Shown: positions 13,155-26,364 of the stretch, piece by piece
Position numbering within the stretch: the stretch's first letter is position 1
Layout of the letters: the number at the start of each line of letters is the position of its first letter
NCBI RefSeq assembly: GCF_001194135.2
Contig: NC_068988.1
Location: 20,644,609-20,708,608 of the forward strand
Reading direction: 5' to 3'
From: Octopus bimaculoides
Lineage: Eukaryota
DNA: 64,000 nucleotides
Program-made: the position numbers and the translations under genes
Notes under the pieces: model-generated
Told to the model about the DNA's origin: nothing
Database searches by the model: none
The model's input: only the letters and a program-made list of their open reading frames with translations

Positions 13155-13381
13155 TTAACCCTTTAGTGTTCGCATTATTCTTCCAAAATTAAGGCTTTTT
13201 ATCCACACAGTTTTGAACTAATCATACATTATCTTGTAGCTATGAGATTTTGATGAGGTAGCTGTTAATTTTTAAAACGATATTGTAGGGTTGGTGTTAG
13301 AGAACAGATCTGGCCAGTTTGAACATAAAACAGGCAGAATACTTTGGCTGGATATGGCCGGTTTAAATGCTAAAGAGTTAA
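13155..13381. mobile_element. piggyBac-like MITE (TTAA-CCCT...), about 230 bp
   Basis: Ends ttaaccctttag / ctaaagagttaa. Two more copies in the opposite orientation at 25748-25975 and 38578-38806. Confidence 0.75.
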
Positions 13382-14799
13382 TATGTGAGATGTATGTCAG
13401 TAAATGCACCTGAGTGTCTTACTGTCAACAATGAATGTCTTAATGTTTTTGTGTCATTATATTTGGTCTAAGGTAAGACATTAATCCTCACTGAGCTGAT
13501 TAAATTTTCTTATACTAATATGCAAATACTGAACTAATTGGCCAGTAAAAATAAAATGTTTGTACTATGTCATATGAAAAGTGGAGAATTCCAGAAAGTA
13601 CCTCATAATCAATAACAAATTAACTTCGACCCCATGTCACAAGTGCACATGCATGGAACATGCAGTAAAGGTTACACAGCATCTGATAGCATGGCCCCAG
13701 CTCAGGAGTTCAGAGGTTTTGGAGCATGTCAAGTTATCGCTTAGTCACTACTACTTCCAGATCACTTAGGCCTGGGATGGGAGTAGATGTTAAGTAACTT
13801 TAGTCATTGATTATATAGTAGAAGATGACACTGAGATTAATACAAAGAAGAACCTGGAGGAGGGCGGCTCCTAGACATTTATGATGCAAGCTCATCAATG
13901 TATGGGGATGCCCTGAAGTCACACGAACCAGCCCCTCTGCCTAAAGGTTAACTAGGGTCTATGGGTTAAAGTGTTATCTTGAAAGAGCAGTTAAACTGCA
14001 AATAAATCAGCAAAAGACAATGAGGAAACTACTTCTGTATCCCACCCCAGCAAAAAAAATCATGTAGGCTTAGCATATGAAGAGAAATGGTCATTGTATT
14101 AATAATCTAGCTGTTCAGTTCAAGAACAGATCTATGATTAAAAAGCATTCCAGCTATGACCATCCTAATTATTTTTTCAATTTTATTGTCAAGAAATACG
14201 ACACTATCCAATGTTTCGTTCGTTTAACGTCCGCTTTCCATGCTAGCATTCATTAAATTTTCTTCTTGTAAGACAGAAGGGTGTGATTTGAATGATGTTT
14301 AGCTCCTGTTTTTACTCGATTGAATGACTGAACAAAGCATGTTGTTTGATTAGAAAAGTTAAATAAATTTTTCTTAAATTCAAGTCACAACATATTTTTT
14401 AAAATTATAATATTATTATTTATATCTAAATGTATATATGAAGAGAGTGAGAAAAGCACGGTCTATAAAGTATTCCAATTTCTTCCATTCCTGTATTTCT
14501 AAAGAATATAGTTTAAGGGAAAATAGCACTGAAACCCAATATTAAATATCATTTTGAGGTTTGCACATGGTAGCTTCAAGAGCTAGCCATAGATTCACCA
14601 CCAATGGCATAAAAGCCCCTCACTGACTCATAATACTGTATGATGGGAGTGATGGTAAAAACGTTTGGCTGTTTTGCAAATCACTCCTGCTCTAAATTAA
14701 CCTAGGTTGGCCCTGTCCAAGTTGCTTTGAAGACAACATCACATACAGATGCTTCCTTGGCAGGGAGGCAATGTTGTTGTTTAATGGCAACCTGGTAGG

Positions 14800-14995
14800 A
14801 TCGTTAGCATACCAGGTGAAATGTTGCTACATTCTGAGTTCAAATTCCGCCAAGGTCGACTTTGCCTTTCATCCTTTCAGGGTCGATAAATAAAGTACCA
14901 GTTACGCACCGGGGTCAATGTAATTGACTTAATCTCTTTGTCTGTCCTTGTTTGTCCCCTCTATGTTTAGCCCCCTGCGGGGCAATAAAGAAATA
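14800..14995 (+). mobile_element. SINE family C
   Basis: Contains gagttcaaattccgcc...cctttcatcctttcagggtcgataaataaagtacc. Confidence 0.8.
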
Positions 14996-15533
14996 AATGT
15001 TGTTGTTTAACCCAAGTTAGCCTTCATAGAGAAAATCTATAAGCAAAGATATTTCTTTTATGTTATATAAATTGTCTTTCATCAGACACTAAACAATGGA
15101 TACAAAGAGGACTTGGCTGTTATTTCCAGCAGGTCAAATGATTACATAAGGAAGTTCCTAAATACACCTGTCAAGAAGTGTTTAAATTCAGCATTATCTA
15201 CCTGTATTGCAAATTAGAAAAAAAGCCTCATATTAGGCACAAAACCGAGATATAAAGTTCACTAATTTACGGAAGAAAAACCAAACAGTGTCAGCTATCC
15301 ATAGAATTTCTACATGCAGGTTAACCCTCCTCTGCTGTTTATCATTGCTTTGTCTCTCTCTCTCTCTCTCTCACACACATACACACATTTATCTCTTTTT
15401 ATCTCGAACATGCTCACATTTGAGTCCCTTTCTCTCTCTCTTGCTTACATATATCTCTCTCTTTTCCACACACACACACACACACACACAAGACATGCAG
15501 AAACACACAAAATACACACACATGTATTACAAT

Positions 15534-15569
<36 letters not shown>

Positions 15570-15639
15570 CATAAAAAAACAAAAACAAAAACCAAAAAAA
15601 AAAGTGGGTAGAAAATCTGAAATGCGACTTAATAATTAC

Positions 15640-15792
15640 ATTTCAGCATAAGCAAGTGGACATTAAGTGGACATCCTGCTGGCCGTTCCATACGGTAACC
15701 ACGTTCCAGTAAGTGGTAGACTTCAGTGAGATCAGCACCAGGGTAAGGGGACATGCCATAGGTAGCCAGCTCCCATAACAACACACCAAATG
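15640..15792 (-). CDS. Abl: Abl exon: C-lobe ([52 protein letters not shown])
   Basis: 153 nt; acceptor ttccttctgttttCAG, donor GTAATT; phase 1 to 1. Confidence 0.97.
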
Positions 15793-15860
15793 CTGAAAAC
15801 AGAAGGAAACAAGAACAATTTGAAACTGGAAGTAAAAATGACAGTGGTGGTGGTGATGAC

Positions 15861-16020
15861 AGTAATAAATGGTGACCATAGTGATGACAGTGGTGGTGGC
15901 AGTAATAAATGGTGAACATAGTGATGACAGTGGTGGTGGCAGTAACAAATGGTGAACATAGTGATGACAGTGGTGGTGGCAGTAATAAATGGTGAACATA
16001 GTGATGACAGTGGTGGGCAT
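15861..16020. repeat. 40-bp tandem repeat, 4 copies
   Basis: agtaataaatggtgaacatagtgatgacagtggtggtggc at 15861, 15901, 15941 and 15981. Confidence 0.95.
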
Positions 16021-16035
16021 AGTGGACAGTGATTA

Positions 16036-16230
16036 TTTATCACCTCCACCATAGCAAAGGTGGAGATATTGTTTTCAGTTGTATTTGTTTGTTTGTCCAT
16101 GGACAAGATATCTGAACATTTGCTGGATTGGTTCGGATGAAACTTTCAGGGATGTTTGGCCTCGTGACTGTCACGAACTGATAAGATTTTAGGATCGATC
16201 TGGTACCAGGCAAGAATTCTGGATTATGAC
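16036..16230 (+). mobile_element. Fragment of another Helentron-associated repeat; a matching-type right end lies at about 33171-33207
   Basis: ttatcaCCTCCACCatagcaaaGGTGGAGatattgttttc hairpin start, followed by (tttg)n and gatgaaactttcagg. Family assignment is from memory. Confidence 0.4.
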
Positions 16231-16231
16231 A

Positions 16232-16553
16232 ACAGGCACCCTGTTGGTTACAACAAGGGATCCAGTTGATCCGATCAACCAAACAGCCTACTGGTGAAAT
16301 TAACGTGCAAGTGGCTGAACACCCAACTGACATGTATACCCTTAACGTAGTTCTCAGAGGGTCTCAGTATGACACAGAATTTGACAAGGCTGGCCCTTTA
16401 AATTACAGGTACAACTCATTTTTGCTAGCTGAGTGGACTGGAGTAACATGAAATAAAGTGTTTTGCTCAAGGAGACAATGTGCTGCTGGGATTCAAACTC
16501 ACAACAAACTTATGATCCCGAGCCGAATACACTAACCACTAAGCCACAAGCCT
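16232..16553 (-). mobile_element. SINE family A2: family A 3' half with a different head and middle
   Basis: Shares the ttaacgtgcaagtggctga...cccttaacgtagttctc segment with family A, then switches to gctgagtggactggag...ttgctcaagga. Further copies at about 46830-47154 (-) and 51390-51625 (+). Confidence 0.75.
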
Positions 16554-17017
16554 TCTTGACAGATGGTTAGAGATGGGGACAAAGGTGAATGCAGAAATTG
16601 GTAAGTAAGGGTGGAGGCATGGTCAATAGTGAATTCTTGGTCTTGCTAAATGAGTAAAATCTGTTTTGCTGAGGAGATCTAATAAGTCTGAAATATGTCC
16701 ACTGCTTTCAGAGATGACTAAGACCAAATTCACTTCCATGTTTTCCCTTCTTGCAAAAGCTCAATCAATTCATCATACTAGAGTTATTTCCCTTGCTTAC
16801 TGTTTTCTGAGTTTAACTACTCCCACTCTGAAGAAGTTCTTGTCTACTAATTACATGGATAAACCCCCTTTTTTTTTTGAAAAAATAAGTCCTTATATGT
16901 ACATATGTGAGATCTTAGCTTATGTGTGTTATTAAGTAGAATGCTGCCCTGAGATATTTTCCTTCAGGTACATAGTCTTTACAGTGTTTGCTGGTGCGAT
17001 TTAAGGGCAGTTTGGCT

Positions 17018-17138
<121 letters not shown>

Positions 17139-17876
17139 CTCTGTGTGTGTCTGCGCATATGCACTTGAGCAAGTTTCTGGTGAGAGAAATAGAACGTTCA
17201 GGATGGTGTTGTCTTGGTGTGATGACCTGATATTTCTCCCACGGTCGTTCTGACTGATTAGCTCTATGGTCAAAGATATCCCAACCATGACCATCATGTA
17301 CTTCTGCTTCTCACAGGTATTGCATCTAGGGCGACACTGTTAATGCTTCTTCCTTTCTAAAACATTATAGGATAATTAAAGGAGAATTTGGCAACCATTC
17401 CTAATAAGTCACTCATAGATAAATACTGCAGAATGAAGATATCTTAACAGATAGAAACAGTCAGCACTCCTCACATTCAATATTGGTAAGGATATTATAG
17501 CATAGCAAAAGTATCTGCACAAAATTACCAGATATTACAGTCAGGAATATACAATGTTTTATGGTATGTAACTGCACCTTTTACCAAAACATGTCTCAAG
17601 AAATCACCCTGTGTCCTATATGTGAAGTTGGGCCTCTCATAAGTTTTAATGCGTAAAAATCTTATCCTGAATATACGCTGCTGAAATTTGAGCGCATCAA
17701 ATATTCTTGTGTGTCTTTTATGCCATCAAATATTCTTGTGTGTCTTTTATGCCATCAAATATGAGAACTGGAGTGAATTCAGAAACTCAAATGACATTTC
17801 ACAACAAGGAATATGATATGAAGGTGGTTACAAGGGAAGGGGCGTGGTGTTGATAAATCTATTCAATTTTTAATTA

Positions 17877-18107
<231 letters not shown>

Positions 18108-18171
18108 TCAGAACAATGAGGAGGGGTTTATATAGAATAGACCAGCAAGTTCTTTAAATGTTACAATAATG

Positions 18172-18210
<39 letters not shown>

Positions 18211-18478
18211 NNNNNNNNNNTATATATATATATATATATATATATATCTTACCAAGATCAAAAAATAATAAAGATCAAAGGCAGGCCCAGAATGCTGCTT
18301 GCTTGAACTACCACTACAGTAGCATAGCTGGGAGGAGTGGGAATGGTCCTCCCCAAGTGATGTTTTTATGGGGGTGGAACTTTTAGGTCTGCTGTATAAG
18401 CTGGAGGTGAATGGGTGGAGGGGGGAAACTGAAGGACTACCTAAGGTGGCACACTCTAGCTGCACCAGTCTCAAGTCT

Positions 18479-18860
18479 TAGTTGGCACTCCGTCGTGTAC
18501 GACATCGAGAGTTCTAGTTGATCCGATCAATGGAACAGCCTGCTCGTGAAATTAACGTGCAAGTGGCTGAGCACTCCACAGACACGTATACCCTTAACGT
18601 AGTTCTCGGGGATATTCAGCGTGACACAGTGTGCAACAAGGTTGACCCTTTGAATTACAGGTACAACAGAAACAGGAAGTAAAAGTGAGAGAAAGTTGTG
18701 GTGAAAGAGTACAGCAGGGTTCACCACCATCCCCTGCCAGAGCCTTGTGGAGCTTTAGGTGTTTTCGCTCAATAGGCACTCACAACACCCGGTCTGGGAA
18801 TCGAAATCGCGATCCTATGACCGCGAGTCCGCTGCCCTGACCACTGGGCCATTGCGCCTC
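18479..18860 (-). mobile_element. SINE family A, full length
   Basis: 13-bp TSD cagtctcaagtct at 18466-18478 and 18861-18873. Confidence 0.92.
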
Positions 18861-19311
18861 CAGTCTCAAGTCTACTGACCCACTAAACCAGAAACTATCC
18901 CAATTTCTGCAGTAGAATAGCTAGGCTGGGAGCCAAGGGGAAGTCTGCCCAGAGCAGCACTTTCATGGGGACAGCTCTTTGGGTCTGCTGTATAAGCCTG
19001 TACAGTGAGCAGGACATGCCTGGCAGCATACACTCTGGCTATACCACTGTACCTGCACCACTGCTGCCAATACTTTGGCTCCCACCGACACCACCACCTG
19101 ATACTGAGGTGATTATAATGAAGCTACTCTTTTGCAAGTATCCAGACCAGAGCACTAATCCACCCCCTACTCATATTTTTGGTGGAGACAGTCACTTGCC
19201 AATATCGAGGCTGCACATTATCTACATCAGCGGTCCTTAACCAGTGTCCAAACGACCCTTGAGATTCCATATAAGACTTTTTTTTTTTTGTTAAAATCTA
19301 TCTGCAATAAA

Positions 19312-19705
19312 TTACTCTCTCTTTTACTCTTTTACTTGTTTCAGTCATTTGACTGTGGCCATGCTGGAGCACCGCCTTTAGTCGAGCAAATCGACCCCAG
19401 AGCTTATTCTTTGTAAGCCTAGTACTTATTCTATTGGTCTCTTTTGCCGAACTGCTAAGTTACAGGGACGTAAACACACCACCATCGGTTGTCAAGCGAT
19501 GCTGAGGGGACAAACAGACACACATACATATATACATATATGATGGTCTTCTTCCAGTTTCCGTCTACCTAATCCATTCACAAGGCTTTGGTCAGCCCGA
19601 GACTATAGTAGAAGACACTTGCCCAAGGTGCCACGCAGTGGGACTGAACCCGGGACCATATGGTTGGTAAGCAAGCTACTTACCACACAGCCACTCCTGC
19701 GCCTA
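19312..19705 (-). mobile_element. SINE family B, full length
   Basis: tRNA head (A box TGGCTGTGTGG, B box GGTTCAGTCC), internal (TA)/(TG) microsatellite, 3' body and an (AAAAGAGT)n tail. Confidence 0.9.
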
Positions 19706-20736
19706 TTGGTTACACTTCTACAATATCCAAAATATTTTATACAATTCTTAATACTTTAGTGATACTTTTTAAGATCAAATGGCTAGGAGGATCCATCCTA
19801 GTAGAATAAAAGGGGTTCATGGGTAAAAAAATGAATGAGAAACATTGCTCTACATCCTTCTTGACCAGTCTAGAGGATTCTGCAAAGGTCATGGACACTT
19901 CCCTGCATTCCGTCACACACACACACACACACACACACACAAATTCCAAGAAGCTAATTAAATATTTAGATACCTGCCAACTCTTTTATTTACTTATGTT
20001 TGTAAATAAATAACCCTAGTTCTTGTCTGGCAGTAAATCTGTCAAATGGTTAACAATTAGAATTGTTACACGTAAGTTTGGGGGGCTTTTAGGTCGTGGC
20101 ATTCTTGATAGCGTATGGGGTAACCATAAATATAACTAATGTAAACAATGATTACTATTGCTATCTAGTCTACCAAGTTACTATTGCACAGGGTTGGTAC
20201 CAGCTATGTACAGTAAAATGAATACAGCAACAACTGAACTGGGTTTTTTTTTTTTTTTCCATTTACTAATTTACTGTGAAAGTATGTGGCCTAGTGGTTG
20301 GGGTGTTGCATTCACAATCATTAGACCATGAGTTCAATCCCCGGATAGGGCAACATGTTGCGTTCTTGTGCATAACACTTAATTTGTCATTGTTCTGTGG
20401 GAGGGGGGAGTGGCAGAATTGTTGGTGTGTCAAGAAGAAATGCTTTACGATATATCTTCCTGCCCTCTAAGTTCTGAGTTCAAATCCTACTTGATGGAGA
20501 ATGCAACGGGAAGCCACTCCAATATTCATCCCATGTCTAGTCATGGTAGCCAAAGTTCCAGCAATCCATTTAATGATGGCAGGGGAGGGTACAGGCCCAC
20601 CCAGGTCATATAGAGAGTGCAGGAGAAGGTTCACATGCACAGGATCTGCTCAAGGACAGACTGCCAATTAGAGTAGACTAATTTACTTTATATTCTTTCA
20701 GCATGGCCACAATCAAATGACTGGAACAAGTAAAAG

Positions 20737-20777
<41 letters not shown>

Positions 20778-20784
20778 GGTGGCA

Positions 20785-21470
20785 AAAGGCGGTGAGCTGG
20801 CAGAATCGTTAACACACAGGGTGGAATGCTTACAGGCATTTCATCCGTTTTTATGTTTTGGGTTCAAATTCCACTGAGGCTGACTTTGCCTTTCATACCT
20901 TTTAGGGTCGATAAATTAAGTACCAATGTAACACTGGGGTCAATGTAATCAACTATTCCCTTCCCCTAAAATTTCAGGCCCTGTGCCTATAGTAGAAAGG
21001 ATTATCATTATTATTATTATGGACGACAGTGAGCTGGCAGAATTGTTAGCATGCTGGGCAAAATGCTTAGTGATATTTTGCCCGTTGCTATGTTCTGAGT
21101 TCAAATTCCACCAAGGCCGACTTTGCCCTTCATCCTTTCATGATCGATAAATTAAGTACCAGTGGAGTACTGGGTCAATGTAATTGACTTAACCCCTCCC
21201 CTCAAATTTCAGGCCTTATGCCTATAATAGAAAGGCCTATTATTATTATTGTTATTATCATTATTATTATTAAGATGGCGAGCTGGCAGAATCGTTTAGC
21301 ACGCTGGGCAAAATGCTGTTAAGCATTTCGCCCATTGCTATGTTCTGAGTTCAAATTCCACCAAGGTTGACTTTGCCTTTCATCCTTTTGGAGTCGGTAA
21401 AAATAAGTCTCAGTTGAAAACTGGGGTCGATTTAATCGACTCATCTCCTTCCCTTGTGGCAAAATTTGAA
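20785..21470 (+). mobile_element. Three tandem SINE family C copies separated by (TTA)n
   Basis: Units at about 20785-21000, 21030-21235 and 21274-21470. Each reads gagctggcagaat...gttcaaattcc...gactttgcctttcatcctt...gtcgataaa.taagtacc...ctggggtc. Confidence 0.85.
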
Positions 21471-21489
21471 ACCATTACTATTATTGTTG

Positions 21490-21542
<53 letters not shown>

Positions 21543-22017
21543 GCAGTTGTTGCTGTTATTAGTGTGCGTGTGTGAGTGTGTGTCCCACATGGAGAAAGTG
21601 GACAAAAAAACAAATGATAATGATGGTAGTGGTGATGACAATGACAGTGGTGACGAGAAGATTATGCTGAAAACACAACCGTGATGGTGATGACAGAGAT
21701 GGAAAGATGGTGGTGGTGGTGAAATCATATTTAGTGTAAAGCCATGTATCACTATATATCATAACACAAACTATTTTGGTAGGCAATTTTATTGTATGGT
21801 TTCTAAATAAAATTTATTGCATTCTGGTTGATGACTAATCTGAGACATTGCCACAGCATAATGTAAGCCATCATATTGCATTTAATTTCAATCAAATCAC
21901 ACTGATTCTTATAGCAATCCTAGTTGAATCACTAGAAGTAATTCGACCTTATAGAGAGGATGTTTGATAACACAAAGGAGTACGTGCAGATCTAGTCACT
22001 TATTTCAAGTTTTATTA

Positions 22018-22068
<51 letters not shown>

Positions 22069-22859
22069 TTCATTTATTTGTCACAAAGATGAGGGGGACA
22101 ATACAAAGACAGACATAAAATGTAGGGGCTTACATATAATGAAATGATAAAAAAAAAGGAAAGAAAGAAATTAAGTATACACGGTNNNNNNNNNNNNNNN
22201 NNNNNNNNNNNNNNNNNNNNNNNNNNNNNNNNNNNNNNNNNNNNNNNNNNNNNNNNNNNNNNNNNNNNNNNNNNNNNNNNNNNNNNNNNNNNNNNNNNNN
22301 NNNNNNNNNNNNNNNNNNNNNNNNNNNNNNNNNNNNNNNNNNNNNNNNNNNNNNNNNNNNNNNNNNNNNNNNNNNNNNNNNNNNNNNNNNNNNNNNNNNN
22401 NNNNNNNNNNNNNNNNNNNNNNNNNNNNNNNNNNNNNNNNNNNNNNNNNNNNNNNNNNNNNNNNNNNNNNNNNNNNNNNNNNNNNNNNNNNNNNNNNNNN
22501 NNNNNNNNNNNNNNNNNNNNNNNNNNNNNNNNNNNNNNNNNNNNNNNNNNNNNNNNNNNNNNNNNNNNNNNNNNNNNNNNNNNNNNNNNNNNNNNNNNNN
22601 NNNNNNNNNNNNNNNNNNNNNNNNNNNNNNNNNNNNNNNNNNNNNNNNNNNNNNNNNNNNNNNNNNNNNNNNNNNNNNNNNNNNNNNNNNNNNNNNNNNN
22701 NNNNNNNNNNNNNNNNNNNNNNNNNNNNNNNNNNNNNNNNNNNNNNNNNNNNNNNNNNNNNNNNNNNNNNNNNNNNNNNNNNNNNNNNNNNNNNNNNNNN
22801 NNNNNNNNNNNNNNNNNNNNNNNNNNNNNNNNNNNNNNNNNNNNNNNNNNNNNNNNNNN

Positions 22860-24094
22860 AATGAGAGCTCTACAAAAGAGGAATGTATCTGTCCTCATGC
22901 CTTTCAGCTTTGTCCACCAAACAACTTCTTTCACCACAGCCACCAGGCAAAGGAAAACTGCCTTGCTTGCCTGATTGAAGGAGGGTGGCAGTGCGATCAT
23001 CACTACAGACTCAGTCAACAGACAGATCAGTCCCACACGTGACAGCAGCTGTTCGACATAACCCCACAAGTCAGCAATGCCCAGACACTGAGTGAGGGCA
23101 TGCAGAACAGTTTCATCACTCTGTATGCAACTCGGACAAGCCCATCTAACAACACATCTGTGCCTGTAGAATTTAATTCAAACCAGTAGCACTGCCAGGT
23201 TAAGGACATCTGGAAATTATCCATGATCGTTCCCAACCAGAAAGCCCTCCAGAACAGACTAGCCAGTTCTTTCTCATCAGCACCCAGAGTCTCACTGAGA
23301 TTGTTGTCACACCTCCCTGCCACTAATCCTCTATAAACTTCTAAAGCAGAACATCCACCGATCCCATTGCCTGACTGGTGGAGGGCTGTGATCTCCTGAC
23401 GACATTCTAGGTGCCAGGTACCCAGTTTCAGTCATTTCTTCACCCAGGACTGCAGCTCCGTCAAGGAGACAAGCTGTGGAAAGGCGAGCCTCACAAATGG
23501 AGCCCACACACGCTCACCATCCAGAAGTTGTGGCAGTTGGCGTAACCTAAGAGCAAGTCTGTCCATTAGGCGCCATGGCATACCTAATCTACCACTCAGA
23601 TGATGCTGGCAACAGACTGACTACCTGACCATTGGAACGCATCCCTTCCATTAGAATTTAAATGAGAGATGCTCCAGCCTGGTCAAGCAGTAACTAGGAC
23701 AAGGCACGACAGTAAGGCAATAAATGATAATGGAGACGACATAAGCATTTGCTACCTCTGCCCGACCCTTCAGGGACAGCTTCCTCTCAGCCGATTTCCG
23801 GGTAAGACTGGCCACCCTGTTCACCACCTCATCTCAGTTCTTATCAACCTGGATGTCGGGACCAAACCAGACCCCAAGCAGTTTAACTGGTCTGTTGGTC
23901 CAGCGTCCGACGATGCCATCTGATGGCATCGTCCTGCGTATCCAAGAGACCAACCACAAACCCACTGATTTTTCAGCATTGATTTTAGCCCCTGCAACCG
24001 ACTCATATTCCTTTAGGATGGTGTCGACTGTCTCCACTTTAGAGGTGTCTGACACCACGATGGTGACATCGTCTGCAATAAACGAACAAACAGA
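22860..24094 (-). mobile_element. 5'-truncated, decayed Tx1/L1-clade LINE ORF2 (RT C-terminal half, thumb and CCHC zinc finger)
   Basis: Begins SFIADDVTIVVS (YADD-like motif), then YESVAGAKINAEKS, VKLLGVWFG and RKLSLKGRAEVAN, and CPSCIQSDETVLHALTQC (C-x2-C-x8-H-x4-C) at 23138-23085. Several in-frame stops and a frameshift; the 3' end runs into a gap. Confidence 0.88.
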
Positions 24095-25233
24095 ATGATT
24101 TCAAATTTAATTATAGTTCTAATTTCAGTGACAGAATTAGCCAGCCTTATTAGTGTACATATATGTGTATATATTATAGGTGTATGTATGTCATTAAGAA
24201 TACTGCTCACGCAGAGTATATGGTACTATCATCATCATCATCTTCTCCTTAGGTCAGATGAAATTTGTTGAGGTAGATTTTCTATGGCCAGATGCACTTC
24301 CTGTTGCTAACTCTAAACCTTTTTCCAAGTAAGGTAATATTTTTCTCCATGGCCAGACATGTTTCATGGAAGGTTGGGAACAAAGTACACCACTCATTTA
24401 CGACTATCACATGCTATCAAGGCAAGGAGACTGTGTAATATACACACACACACACACATATGACAAGCTTCTTTCAGTTTCCACCAACCAAATCTACTCA
24501 CAAGGCTTTGGTTGACTTGGGGTTATAATAGACACTTGCCCAAGGTACCATGCAGTGGGACTGAACTCAAAACCATGTGGTTGGGAAGCAAGCTTGTTAC
24601 CACACAACCACACTTGTAATATGTATTCTTTTACCAGTTTCAGTCAATGGAGTGTAGCTACGCTGTGACACCATCACCAAGTGTTTTAGTTAATAATATT
24701 GGCCCCAGTGCCAAGTCTGGAACTTAGTCTGGAACCTTCTATTATTCCATGTAATACCATTTTATCAGTATTATGCAGTTGTTTAGTCAATATGAAGAAT
24801 TACCGCTATTTACCAGTGCATTAAGACTTCATTCAGCAATTCAATGGAATATTCTAATGATTGTAGGGTAATTTCTACAGAAACCAGACATCCCCCACCA
24901 CTTTTTAAAAAAATTTTTCTTTCCTTTTTCTTTTCTTTTTCTGCAAGCACAAATTTTACAATACGGTGGACAGTTATCTTCATTTTGTAAGTCAGCATTT
25001 CAAGAAACAGTCTGGAAATACTTCAAATGACCTAGATGGTCTACAGAAGAGAATTACTGGTGTGTAAAGGTCAGAGTAGTTAGTTTGGTAGTGATGGCAG
25101 TACAGCAGCAGGATCCAAATTCATAACACAGAAAAGAAATTAAAGGTCATTATTATTCTTTTAGTACTTGGAAATCTTCAACATTGCAAATTTTACTGAA
25201 TCTATTTGTGCCGAGATATGACAGGACAAATAG

Positions 25234-25678
25234 ATACTCTTTTACTCTTTTATTTGCTTAAGTCATTTGACTGTGGCCATGCTGGAGCACTACCTTTAGT
25301 CAAGCAAATTGACCCCGGGACTTATTCTTTTGTAAGCCTAGTACTTATTCTATTGGTATCTTTTTGCCGAACTGCTAAGTTACGGGGNNNNNNNNNNNNN
25401 NNNNNNNNNNNNNNNNNNNNNNNNNNNNNNNNNNNNNNNNNNNNNNNNNNNNNNNNNNNNNNNNNNNNNNNNNNNNNNNNNGGACAAACATAGACACACA
25501 CATACATATATATACATATATACAACGGGCTTCTTTCAGTTTCCATCTACCAAATCCACTCACAAGGCTTTGATCGGCCCGAGGCTATAGTAGAAGACAC
25601 TTTCCCAAGGTGCCACGCAGTGGGTCTGAACCTGGAACCATGTGGTTGGTAAGCAAGCTACTTACCACACAGCCACTC
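25234..25678 (-). mobile_element. SINE family B, interrupted by a gap
   Basis: Both ends match the family B consensus seen in this window. Confidence 0.85.
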
Positions 25679-25747
25679 AAAGAACAGACCAAAACAGTAG
25701 ACCTGTTCTTTTCTTTATGGTAAGCTTACTTATTCCACTTTGTGAAC

Positions 25748-25975
25748 TCAACCTTTTAGTATTTAATCTAGCCATATCTGGCCTAAATGTTCTACCCATT
25801 TTATGTCCAAACTGGTTAGATCAGGCCTCTCACACCTACCCTACTATGTCATTCTAAAACTAAACAAACACATCATCGAAATGTCAAAGCTACAAAATAA
25901 TGCATAAGTAATTTAAATCAATGTGAATAAATAAGCATTACATTTGGAAGAGTAATGTGAATGTTGAAGGGTTGA
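25748..25975. mobile_element. piggyBac-like MITE copy
   Basis: Colinear with 38578-38806 and the reverse complement of 13155-13381. Confidence 0.7.
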
Positions 25976-26089
25976 TCAGTATATTACATGCTTTAATATA
26001 CTAAAACCATTTCCTCCTGAATATGCAGTGCTGAAAATGATAACATGTTTGTGCATCTTATATTGCCATCAAATACAGTAGCTATTTGC

Positions 26090-26319
26090 TTAACCCCTTG
26101 CAGACAGATTTAGTACCGACAGTCTGTGCTGTGTACTGGTATTAGGCCATTCAGTAACTACATAATTTTTCATACAAGTAATTTTACAGTGTATTTACAA
26201 ATTCTTCTCATTGTGGTATATTTGAAAAAACAGTGCTGTACAGAGCGAAACATCACACTGCTCCCGCACAGTGTTTCAATGCAGTCTGTACCACTTCCTG
26301 TCTGCAAGAGGTTGGTTAA
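26090..26319. mobile_element. Second TTAA-flanked TIR element (MITE)
   Basis: ttaaccccttgcagacag ... ctgtctgcaagaggttggttaa; the inverted ends share cttgcagacag. Confidence 0.6.
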
Positions 26320-26364
26320 TTAGAGACACTACAATATGTAAGAATCCTCTGTATTTTAACTTAC

